Shown here piece by piece: positions 31,166 to 39,809 of a DNA stretch of 39,809 nucleotides. The stretch is from Actinomycetes bacterium (lineage in GTDB: Bacteria; Actinomycetota; Actinomycetes; Prado026). The stretch covers positions 1 through 39,809 of the forward strand of contig JALOLN010000001.1 of assembly GCA_025455945.1 (NCBI GenBank), written 5' to 3'. The position numbers were made by a program, and so were the translations under genes. Within the stretch, counting starts at the first letter, position 1; every line of letters starts with the position of its first letter. The notes under the pieces were generated by a model, which saw nothing but the letters and a program-made list of their open reading frames with translations, made no database searches and was not told the origin of the DNA.

Positions 31166-31205
31166 GTCAGGGCGTGGACGGTCCCCGGACCGGCCGCGCC
31201 CTGAC
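31166..31205. terminator. hairpin between convergent small-membrane-protein and secreted-protein genes
   Basis: GTCAGGGCG (31166-31174) pairs with CGCCCTGAC (31197-31205). The stem can extend inward by a G-U pair plus 2 GC pairs. It sits in a 73-nt convergent intergenic region. Confidence 0.4.
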
Positions 31206-31222
31206 CGGTGCGAGGGGTGCTG

Positions 31223-32413
31223 TCAGGCGACGCCGGGGCCGAAGGTGGAGTCCACCTTCCAGGCCCCCCCGTCGTTGGAGTCACCGCCGAGGACCTTGTT
31301 GTGCACGCCCAGCACCGGGCACGACGCGGGGATCGACGGGCAGAAGGCCGCATCGGTGTCGCTGCCCTGGGCCAGCGCGGTGACCGAGCCGTAGGCGATG
31401 TACGACCCGGGCGCGTAGTCGGTGGCGCGGGCGCACACCTGTCCGCCGTTCGGCCCGCCCGTCGCCGCGCTGCAGTCCGGGACGCCGTCCTGGTTGCCGT
31501 CGGAGAAGCGTGCGGTCGGGTCCATCGTGAACGCCACGGCGGAGAAGTAGGCCGTGGCCGGCCCGAGGGTGCCGACGAGGCGCACCTTGGCCCGGCCGAG
31601 CGGCCGGGCCAGGACGCCGTCCGTGCCCACGGCCACCGCCTTGCCGGTGGTGGGGTCGATGACCTTGTACCGGGTGATGCCGTGCCCACTGCCCGCACCG
31701 TGCCCGGTGTAGGGGCGCACCCGGGTGATCCGGGACCCGGAGGGGGCCACGATCACACCCTTGATGCCGGACAGTGCCCCGGTGCCCTGGTTCATCCACT
31801 GGGTGAGGACCCACTGGGTCTCGCCCGGTCGGCACACGTACGACCGGCACAACGTCCCCGCCCCGCTCATGGCGAACCCGGGGCTCAGCCGCAGGGCCGG
31901 GTCGACCACCGTGGCCGGCGCCGTCGCCGGCTGGTATCCCGTCCCCACCCGGTCGGGCACCAGCCCGAGCCAGGCCCGACCCCCGGCGGGGACGGTCGCG
32001 GTGAGGAACTGGTTGTTGACGACGAACTGCTGGTCCGGGCCGGCCCCCCACCCGGGGTCCGGGCAGGCCGCTGTCGCCCAGGCGCCGCCGGACGGACCGG
32101 AGTAGCCGGCCAGGCACTGGCTGCGCAGCCAGCCCGTGTCGACCCGCACGGTCACCGTCGAGCCCACGCCCGAGAAGGCGTACCGGCCGGCGGCGTCGGT
32201 GATCGTCGCGGCCGTGGCGGTCCGGACGACGATCCCGGGCAGCCCGGCCTCCCCAGCGTCACGGACTCCGTCGTCGTCGACGTCCCAGTAGACGGTGCCG
32301 CTCACGCTGCCGGTGGCGGCCGACCAGGCCGGGCCGGCACCGGGGCCGCCGAGGGCGCCCAGCACGGCCAGTGCCAGCGTCACCGTCGCGGCCGTCCGTC
32401 CGCGTCGCGTCAT
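31223..32413 (-). CDS. secreted protein with N-terminal SdrD B-like (Cna-B type) domain and Cys-rich domain of unknown function
   Basis: A signal peptide with an RR motif (MTRRGRTAATVTLALAVLGALGG...AWSAA) is followed by SGTVYWDVDDDGVRDAGEAGLPGIVV...TDAAGRYAF, typical of SdrD B-like repeats. I do not recognise the remaining ~300 aa, which contain several Cys. Confidence 0.7.
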   Translation of the reverse strand: MTRRGRTAATVTLALAVLGALGGPGAGPAWSAATGSVSGTVYWDVDDDGVRDAGEAGLPGIVVRTATAATITDAAGRYAFSGVGSTVTVRVDTGWLRSQCLAGYSGPSGGAWATAACPDPGWGAGPDQQFVVNNQFLTATVPAGGRAWLGLVPDRVGTGYQPATAPATVVDPALRLSPGFAMSGAGTLCRSYVCRPGETQWVLTQWMNQGTGALSGIKGVIVAPSGSRITRVRPYTGHGAGSGHGITRYKVIDPTTGKAVAVGTDGVLARPLGRAKVRLVGTLGPATAYFSAVAFTMDPTARFSDGNQDGVPDCSAATGGPNGGQVCARATDYAPGSYIAYGSVTALAQGSDTDAAFCPSIPASCPVLGVHNKVLGGDSNDGGAWKVDSTFGPGVA

Positions 32414-32449
32414 GTCGCCCCCCGACGTCGCTCGCCCGATCTCGCCGCG

Positions 32450-32455
32450 ACCCTA
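32450..32455 (-). promoter_or_regulatory. candidate -10 hexamer TAGGGT upstream of the secreted SdrD-B-like protein gene
   Basis: A minus-strand TAGGGT lies about 36 nt upstream of ATG 32413. A GGGGGG Shine-Dalgarno-like run sits 4 nt before the ATG. Confidence 0.3.
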
Positions 32456-32503
32456 CGCCGGGCAGACCGTGGGCAACAGCCGCCACCGCAGCGGACTGCC
32501 GTC

Positions 32504-32581
32504 GTGAAGGGCGCCTGACGGCGATCTATGCGCCACAAGGGACCCATGATGCAGAAGCGGTGATGCGCAAGGGGGTGGGGG
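32504..32581 (-). repeat. intergenic repeat element, copy B (inverted relative to copy A)
   Basis: Read on the minus strand, the element starts at the first base after the TAG of guaA. It reads CCCCCACCCCC, then TTGCGCATCACCGCTTCT, then GCATCATGGGTCCCTTGTGGCGC, then the identical 26-mer ATAGATCGCCGTCAGGCGCCCTTCAC (32529..32504). Confidence 0.8.
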
Positions 32582-34150
<1,569 letters not shown>

Positions 34151-34223
34151 CCGGGCAGCCTACCGAGCGGCCGGAAACCCGTTGGCCCGCCTCACCTGCG
34201 TCGGCATAGATTGGGCCACCGCC

Positions 34224-35930
34224 ATGATCTCCCTGCGTACCCTGCCGACCCCGGCACCGGGCTCCCCCGACCTGCGCACCGCCGGCCGCCTGCTGTGGTG
34301 GCTGGCCCGCCAGCAGGCCGGGATCCTGACCCTGGGCGTGCTCTGGGGCATCGTCTGGATGGGAGCGCAGGCAGCCGTCCCGTACGCCCTCGGTGCTGGT
34401 ATCGACGCCGTGACCGCCGAGCAGCCCCGCGCCGCTGCGGGCTGGGCGCTGGCCGTCCTCGCCCTCGGGGTCGGGCAGGCGGTCGCCGGGATCCTTCGGC
34501 ACCGGATGGCCGTCACCAACTGGATCGCGGCGGCGTCCCGGGTGCAGCAGCTCGTGGCCCGGCACGCGGTCGCGCTCGGTGCGGACCTGACGGCCCAGGT
34601 CGCCACCGGCGAGGTCGTCGCGGTGTCGTCCAACGACGTCGAACGCATCGGCGGGGCCTTCGACGTCAGCGCCCGGTTCGCCGGTGCCGTCGTCTCCTTC
34701 CTCGCCGTGACCGCGGTGCTGCTGAACGCCTCACCCGAGCTGGGCCTGGTCGTCGTGGTCGGGATCCCGGTGACCGCGCTCGCCGTCGGCCCCCTGGTCC
34801 GCCCGCTGGAGCGCCGCGAGAGCGACCAGCGGGCGCGCTTCGGGGAGGCCACCGAGCTCGCCGCGGACACCGTCGCGGGACTGCGGGTGCTGCGCGGCAT
34901 CGGCGGGGAGGAGCTGTTCCTCGACCGCTTCCGGGCCGTGTCCGACGAGGTCCGGCGCGCCTCGGTGCGGACCGCCCGGGTGCGCTCCCTGCTCGACGCG
35001 CTGCAGGTCGCCCTCCCCGGGGCGTTCGTCGTGACCGTCACCTGGCTCGGGGCCCGGCTGGCCCTCGCCGGGGAGATCACCCCGGGCGAGCTGGTCGCCT
35101 TCTATGGCTACACCGCCTTCCTCGTGCTGCCGCTGCGCACGATCACCGAGGCCGCGCACAAGTGGACCCGCGCCCGGGTGGCCGCCCGGCACGTCCTCGA
35201 CCTCCTCACCGTGCAGCGCACGCTCGACGACCGCACCACCGGGGCGGACGAACTGCCGGACGGCGACCTCGCCGACGCGGCCACCGGCTTCGTCGCGCCG
35301 GCCGGCCGCCTCACCGCCCTCGTCTGCGCCGACACCGACGAGGCGTCCCGGCTGGTGGCCCGGCTGGGCCGGTACGTCCCCGGCGCGGTCACCCTCGGTG
35401 GGGTCCCGCTCGACGCGGTCACGACGGCGGCGGTGCGCCGCACGGTCGTCGTCCAGGACAAGGACCCGGTGCTGTTCGCCGGGACGGTCGCCGACAGCCT
35501 GGCCGTGCCCGGGTCGGGCCGGGTCCCGGCGTCGGCGGCGCTGACCGCGGCGGATGCCGACGAGATCGTCGAGGGCCTGGCCGACGGGCTGGCGACCGAG
35601 CTGCCGGAGCGGGCCCGCTCGCTGTCCGGGGGGCAGCGGCAGCGGCTGGCCCTGGCCCGCTCCCTCGTCGTCGATCCCCCCGTGCTCGTCCTCGACGAGC
35701 CGACCTCGGCGGTCGACGCGCACACCGAGGCCCGGATCGGGGAGCGGCTGGCGCAGCTGCGCGCCGGCCGGACCACGGTGCTCGTCACGACCAGCCCGCT
35801 GCTCCTCGAGCGGGCCGACGTGGTCGCGCTGCTCGACGACGGCCGGGTCGTCGCGTCCGGCACCCACCGTGGCCTGCTGCGCTCCCAGCCGCGGTACCGG
35901 GCCACCGTGGTCCGCGAGGAGGACTCGTGA
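34224..35930 (+). CDS. ABC exporter half-transporter (TMD-NBD) with degenerate Walker A and H-loop
   Basis: The 568 aa start at MISLRTLPT and include a 6-TM exporter domain. The NBD has an intact signature ([15 protein letters not shown]) and Walker B ([12 protein letters not shown]). The Walker A position reads [13 protein letters not shown], with no GKS/T. The H-loop reads VTTSPL, with no His. Confidence 0.88.
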   Translation: MISLRTLPTPAPGSPDLRTAGRLLWWLARQQAGILTLGVLWGIVWMGAQAAVPYALGAGIDAVTAEQPRAAAGWALAVLALGVGQAVAGILRHRMAVTNWIAAASRVQQLVARHAVALGADLTAQVATGEVVAVSSNDVERIGGAFDVSARFAGAVVSFLAVTAVLLNASPELGLVVVVGIPVTALAVGPLVRPLERRESDQRARFGEATELAADTVAGLRVLRGIGGEELFLDRFRAVSDEVRRASVRTARVRSLLDALQVALPGAFVVTVTWLGARLALAGEITPGELVAFYGYTAFLVLPLRTITEAAHKWTRARVAARHVLDLLTVQRTLDDRTTGADELPDGDLADAATGFVAPAGRLTALVCADTDEASRLVARLGRYVPGAVTLGGVPLDAVTTAAVRRTVVVQDKDPVLFAGTVADSLAVPGSGRVPASAALTAADADEIVEGLADGLATELPERARSLSGGQRQRLALARSLVVDPPVLVLDEPTSAVDAHTEARIGERLAQLRAGRTTVLVTTSPLLLERADVVALLDDGRVVASGTHRGLLRSQPRYRATVVREEDS

Positions 35931-37780
35931 GACCCCCCGAGCCCCCGGAGGCCCTCGTCGGCGGCCCGACCCAGCTGCCGGTCGCCGCGCCGGCCACCGT
36001 GCGTCGCCAGGTCAGGGCGCTGCTGGCGCGGCACCGGCGTCCGTTCGCCGCCCTCGTGGCCTTCAACTCGGTGGCGGCCGTTGCCGCGCTGGTCGGCCCG
36101 CAGGTCCTCGGCCGGGTGGTGCAGCAGGTCAGCGACGGCACCGCCACCGTGGCCGGGGTGGACCGGCTCGCGCTGTGGTTCGCGGTCGCCCTGGTCGTCC
36201 AGACCGTCTTCACCCGCTCCGCCCGGATGCGCGCCGCCGTCCTGGGCGAGTGGATCCTGGCGGACCTGCGCGAGGACTTCGTCACCCGGTCGGTGTCGCT
36301 GCCCCTCGGCGTCGTGGAGCGGGCCGGGACCGGTGACCTGGTCACCCGCGCCACCACCGACGTGGACCGGCTGGCCTGGGCGGTGCGGCAGGCGGTGCCG
36401 GAGATGGCCGTGGCCGCGGTGACCGCGGTCTTCGTCGGTGGTGCGCTGGTGCTCACCTCCCCGGTGCTCGCCCTGGCCTGGCTGGTCGCCGTCCCGCCGA
36501 TCCTGCTGTCCAGCCGCTGGTACTTCCGCCGGGCGCCCCAGGCGTACGCGGCCGAGCTGACCGCCTACTCCCAGGTCAACTCGGCGCTGGCGGAGACCGT
36601 CGACGGCGGCCGCACCGTCGAGGCCTACCGCCTGGGCGAGCAGCGCATCCCGCTCACCGACCGGCGGATCCGGCGTTGGATCTCCTGGGAGCGCTACACG
36701 ATGTCGCTGCGCACCGTGTGGTTCCCCAGCGTGGAGGCGGCGTACGTGCTGCCGATCGCGACCGTGCTCGCCCTCGGCGGCGCGCTGTACGCGCGAGGGA
36801 CGGTCACCCTCACCGAGGTGACGGCTGCGGTGCTCTACACCCAGATGCTCGTCGAGCCGGTCGACCTGCTGCTCATGTGGTTCGACGAGCTGCAGACCGG
36901 GCAGGCGGCCCTGGCCCGGCTGCTCGGCGTCCACGAGGTGCCCGCGCCGGAGGTGGACGAGGGCGCCGAGCCGACGAGCCGGGCCATCCGCGCGCGGGAC
37001 GTGCGGTTCGCCTACCGCGAGGGCCGCGACGTCCTGCACGGCGTGGACCTCGACGTCGAGCCCGGCTCCCGGGTCGCGGTCGTGGGGCCGTCCGGGGCCG
37101 GCAAGTCGACCCTGGGGCGGCTGCTCGCCGGGATCCACGGCCCGCGTACCGGCTCGGTGTCGATGGGTGACGTCGCGCTGTCGACGCTGCCCGCCGAGAC
37201 CGTGCGCCGGCACGTCGCCCTGGTCACCCAGGAGCACCACGTCTTCGTCGGCACGCTGCGCGACAACCTGCTGCTGGCCCGGCCCGGTGCGGACGACGTC
37301 GAGCTGGCCACGGCGCTCCAGGCGGTCGACGCCGACGGGTGGGTGGCGGCGCTCGAGCACGGGCTGGACACGAGGGTGGGCGCCGGCGCGCTGCGGCTCA
37401 CCCCCGGCCAGGCGCAGCAGGTCGCCCTGGCCCGGCTCGTGCTGGCCGACCCCCACACGCTCGTCCTCGACGAGGCGACGTCGCTGCTCGACCCGCGCGC
37501 CGCCCGGCACCTGGAGCGGTCGCTGGCGGCGGTCCTGGCCGGTCGCACCGTGGTCGCGGTCGCGCACCGCCTGCACACCGCGCACGACGCCGACGTCGTC
37601 GCCGTCGTCGAGGGCGGCCGGGTGACCGAGTACGGCAGCCACGACGAGCTGGTGTCGGCGGGTGGCGCCTACGCCGCGCTGTGGCGGTCCTGGCGGGACG
37701 ACGGCGACAACGGCCAGGACGGCGACGACCGCGCGGTGAACGACGGGGGAACGGCAGATGTCGAACCGGAGACGCAATGA
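35927..37780 (+). CDS. ABC exporter half-transporter (TMD-NBD) with consensus Walker A and degenerate signature motif
   Basis: This is the last 617 aa of the 1674-aa track ORF. The GTG at 35927 overlaps the upstream stop (GTGA). Walker A ([11 protein letters not shown]), Walker B (LVLDEATS) and the H-loop (AVAHRL) are intact. The signature reads LTPGQ instead of LSGGQ. Confidence 0.88.
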   Translation: MRPPEPPEALVGGPTQLPVAAPATVRRQVRALLARHRRPFAALVAFNSVAAVAALVGPQVLGRVVQQVSDGTATVAGVDRLALWFAVALVVQTVFTRSARMRAAVLGEWILADLREDFVTRSVSLPLGVVERAGTGDLVTRATTDVDRLAWAVRQAVPEMAVAAVTAVFVGGALVLTSPVLALAWLVAVPPILLSSRWYFRRAPQAYAAELTAYSQVNSALAETVDGGRTVEAYRLGEQRIPLTDRRIRRWISWERYTMSLRTVWFPSVEAAYVLPIATVLALGGALYARGTVTLTEVTAAVLYTQMLVEPVDLLLMWFDELQTGQAALARLLGVHEVPAPEVDEGAEPTSRAIRARDVRFAYREGRDVLHGVDLDVEPGSRVAVVGPSGAGKSTLGRLLAGIHGPRTGSVSMGDVALSTLPAETVRRHVALVTQEHHVFVGTLRDNLLLARPGADDVELATALQAVDADGWVAALEHGLDTRVGAGALRLTPGQAQQVALARLVLADPHTLVLDEATSLLDPRAARHLERSLAAVLAGRTVVAVAHRLHTAHDADVVAVVEGGRVTEYGSHDELVSAGGAYAALWRSWRDDGDNGQDGDDRAVNDGGTADVEPETQ

Positions 37781-37819
37781 GGACCCGTAGCCGACCGTGA
37801 CGGCCTAGCCTGTCCGTCC

Positions 37820-39556
37820 ATGGCGGCTGCGACCCGCGACTCCACGGGGCCGAGCCGGCTGGCCCGGCTGGCCCCCGGCGTGGCCACGCTGCGCAGCTAC
37901 CAGCGGCCGATGCTGCGGGGGGACGTCGTCGGCGGCATCACCGTGGCGGCGTACCTCGTGCCCCAGGTCATGGCCTACGCCGGCGTCGCCGGGCTGCCCG
38001 CCGTCGCCGGGCTCTGGGCGATCATGGCGCCGCTGGCGATCTACGCCCTGCTCGGGTCGTCCCGGCAGCTGTCGGTCGGCCCGGAGTCGACCACCGCCCT
38101 CATGACGGCGGCCGCGGTCGGCCCGCTGGCGGTCGGGGACCCGGACCGGTACGCGGCCCTGGCCGCGGCGCTCGGCGTCATCGTGGGCGCCTACTGCCTC
38201 ATCGGCTGGGCGGCCAGGGTCGGCTTCGTCGCCGACCTGCTCTCGCGGCCGGTGCTCATCGGCTACATGGCGGGCGTCGCGATGCTGATGATCTCCGGCC
38301 AGCTCGGCACGCTCACCGGCGCGACCGTGGAGGGCAGTGGCTTCGTCGGCGAGGTGCGCTCGTTCCTCGAGAACCTCGACACCGTCGAGCCGGCGACGCT
38401 CGGCCTCGGGCTCTCGGTCCTGGTCTTCCTCTTCGTCGTCCAGCGCCGGTTCCCCCGCGCCCCGGGTCCGCTGCTCGCCGTCCTGCTGGCCACTGCGGTC
38501 ACCGTGCTGCTGGACCTGGAGGACAAGGGCGTCGCCGTCGTGGGCGAGATCCCGGCCGGCCTGCCCCGCCCGAGCCTGCCCGACGTCTCCGGCGGGGACC
38601 TGGCCAGCCTGTTGCTGCCCGCCGTGGGCGTGATGATCGTCGGGTACACGGACAACGTGCTGACCGCGCGGGCCTTCGCCTCCCGGCGCCACGAGACGAT
38701 CGACGCCAACCAGGAGCTGCTCGCCCTGGGCACCTCCAACCTCGGTGCCGGGCTCACCCAGGGCTTCCCGGTGAGCAGCAGCGGCAGCCGCACGGCCATC
38801 GGCGACTCCCTCGGCGCCCGCACCCAGCTGTACTCGCTGGTGGCGCTGGCCAGCGTGCTGGTGGTCATCTTCGTCTTCCGGCCGGTGCTGGCGAACTTCC
38901 CCAAGGCGGCGCTGGGCGCCATCGTCGTGTACGCCGCCACCCGGCTGATCGACCTCGTTGAGTTCCGGCGGCTGGCCCGGTTCAGGGTCAACGAGCTCGT
39001 GCTCGCCTTCGGGGCGACGTTCGGGGTGCTCGTGCTCGGCATCCTGCCGGGGGTCGGCCTGGCCATCGCCTTGTCGGTCGGCGAGCTGCTCTTCCGGGTC
39101 GCGCGGCCGCACGACGCGGTGCAGGGCCGGGTGCCGGGGCTGGCCGGCATGCACGACGTCGACGACTACCCGACCGCCCAGCAGGTCCCCGGCCTGGTCG
39201 TCTACCGGTACGACTCGCCGCTGTTCTTCGCGAACGCGGAGAACTTCCGCCGGCGCGCCCTGGAGGCCGTGGACGAGGCTGAGGAGGACGGGCCGCGGGT
39301 GCGGTGGTTCCTGCTCAACGTCGAGGCGAACGTGGAGGTCGACATCACCGGCCTGGACGCCGTGGAGGACCTGCGCCGCGAGCTGTCCGGCCGCGGGGTC
39401 GTGTTCGCGATGGCCCGGGTCAAGCAGGACCTGCTCGACGACCTCGAGGCCTTCGGCCTGGCCGACTCGATCGGCCGGGACCGGCTCTACCCGACACTGC
39501 CGACCGCCGTCGAGGCCTACCAGGTCTGGGCGGCGGCGAACCCGCCCCCGCCGTAG
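37820..39556 (+). CDS. SulP-family anion transporter with C-terminal STAS domain
   Basis: The 578-aa ORF has a SulP TM core (AYAGVAGLPAVAGLWA..., VSSSGSRTA) and a STAS domain (VVYRYDSPLFFANAENF...). Confidence 0.92.
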   Translation: MAAATRDSTGPSRLARLAPGVATLRSYQRPMLRGDVVGGITVAAYLVPQVMAYAGVAGLPAVAGLWAIMAPLAIYALLGSSRQLSVGPESTTALMTAAAVGPLAVGDPDRYAALAAALGVIVGAYCLIGWAARVGFVADLLSRPVLIGYMAGVAMLMISGQLGTLTGATVEGSGFVGEVRSFLENLDTVEPATLGLGLSVLVFLFVVQRRFPRAPGPLLAVLLATAVTVLLDLEDKGVAVVGEIPAGLPRPSLPDVSGGDLASLLLPAVGVMIVGYTDNVLTARAFASRRHETIDANQELLALGTSNLGAGLTQGFPVSSSGSRTAIGDSLGARTQLYSLVALASVLVVIFVFRPVLANFPKAALGAIVVYAATRLIDLVEFRRLARFRVNELVLAFGATFGVLVLGILPGVGLAIALSVGELLFRVARPHDAVQGRVPGLAGMHDVDDYPTAQQVPGLVVYRYDSPLFFANAENFRRRALEAVDEAEEDGPRVRWFLLNVEANVEVDITGLDAVEDLRRELSGRGVVFAMARVKQDLLDDLEAFGLADSIGRDRLYPTLPTAVEAYQVWAAANPPPP

Positions 39557-39561
39557 CCCCG

Positions 39562-39614
39562 GTGATCCAGGGAACCCTCCTCGGGCCGGAGCCCGAGGAG
39601 GGTTCCTGGATCAC
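39562..39614. terminator. long GC-rich hairpin between convergent sulP and GMC oxidoreductase genes (putative bidirectional terminator)
   Basis: The left arm GTGATCCAGGGAACCCTCCTCGGGC and right arm GCCCGAGGAGGGTTCCTGGATCAC flank a CGGA loop. The stem is 24 bp with one bulged G. There is no T-tract. The right arm contains the stop codon of the minus-strand gene. Confidence 0.55.
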
Positions 39615-39809
39615 GTGCCCTGACGGACCTCCACGATCGGCAGCCGCAGCGCGGCCGGCGCGTGCGCCGGGACGACCGGGCGGCGCGGAGCCACCGCGTC
39701 GACCCGGAGATAGGGCTCGCCCAGGGCCGGTCGGGGGTCGGCGTCGCCGTGGTTGGGCCACAGCGCCATCGCCCGCTCGGCCTGGGCGGTGATCGTCAGC
39801 GACGGGTTC
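39611..39809 (-). CDS. GMC-family oxidoreductase (ChoD-like), C-terminal fragment truncated by the window edge
   Basis: This is my own minus-strand translation; it is not in the track because the ORF runs off the window. It reads NPSLTITAQAERAMALWPNHGDADPRPALGEPYLRVDAV...VEVRQGT*. The NPSLTITAQAERA segment is a typical GMC C-terminus, and GC3 is very high. Confidence 0.55.
   Translation of the reverse strand, partial: NPSLTITAQAERAMALWPNHGDADPRPALGEPYLRVDAVAPRRPVVPAHAPAALRLPIVEVRQGT

Noticed and set aside
25233-32581. An interpretation of the inverted repeat pair as ends of a composite transposon or an invertible segment.
   Set aside because: No transposase, integrase or invertase gene lies between or next to the repeats. 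I saw no flanking target-site duplication. Composition and codon usage of the enclosed genes match the rest of the window. Both copies sit in the same way relative to an upstream stop codon, which fits a 3'-UTR element better. This cannot be excluded without comparative genomes.
35108-37777. An 889-aa minus-strand ORF.
   Set aside because: It lies antisense to the two ABC transporter genes and has low-complexity Arg/Gly/Pro composition with no motifs.
37805-39154. A 449-aa minus-strand ORF. The same reasoning covers 4670..6538, 6427..7818, 15283..16266, 17900..19399 and 21755..23668.
   Set aside because: All of these overlap confidently assigned genes on the other strand or in another frame. 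They translate to Arg/Pro/Gly/His-rich low-complexity sequence without domains. They are high-GC shadow ORFs.

Overview
This is a high-GC (by eye about 70-75%) actinobacterial chromosomal window. It is densely packed with core-metabolism and envelope genes. I support 38 protein-coding genes, one of them truncated at the right edge. I saw no rRNA, tRNA, CRISPR array, transposase or integrase.

Gene content, left to right:
- trpS, a 2H phosphoesterase and a YihY membrane protein, linked by 4-nt overlaps
- a CNNM/CBS membrane protein, glpD, and galT-galK
- icd and mdh
- a purN-purH-DMT-folD-DUF3017 string
- a PerM-like membrane protein and sucCD
- a stand-alone B12-binding domain protein, a lipase-like hydrolase, an M23 peptidase and pcrA/uvrD
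- a DUF2510-AIM24 fusion coupled to a PIG-L deacetylase
- a block of envelope-related genes (HtrA protease, NarL-type regulator, PspC-domain histidine kinase, divergent PspC/LiaF-like protein, small membrane proteins, secreted SdrD-B-like protein)
- guaA, an asymmetric heterodimeric ABC exporter, a SulP/STAS transporter, and the 3' end of a GMC oxidoreductase

From memory, the pcrA ... sucCD-perM-purN-purH order mirrors M. tuberculosis Rv0949-Rv0957.

Most of the very long ORFs in the six-frame track are Arg/Pro/Gly-rich antisense or out-of-frame shadows typical of high-GC DNA, and I reject them.

The observations most worth follow-up:
1. Two related ~50-80-nt elements share an identical 26-mer. 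Each starts right after a stop codon, and they sit in inverted orientation bracketing the 7.2-kb envelope block.
2. The control region between the divergent PspC-kinase and PspC/LiaF-like genes is mirror-symmetric. It has a 12-nt inverted repeat, nested heptamer repeats, and mini-uORFs whose stops overlap both start codons.
3. The PspC-centred two-component module itself is, to my knowledge, experimentally uncharacterised in Actinobacteria.

The rest of the window looks like ordinary core genome. I found no clear evidence of a defence island, mobile element or biosynthetic cluster.
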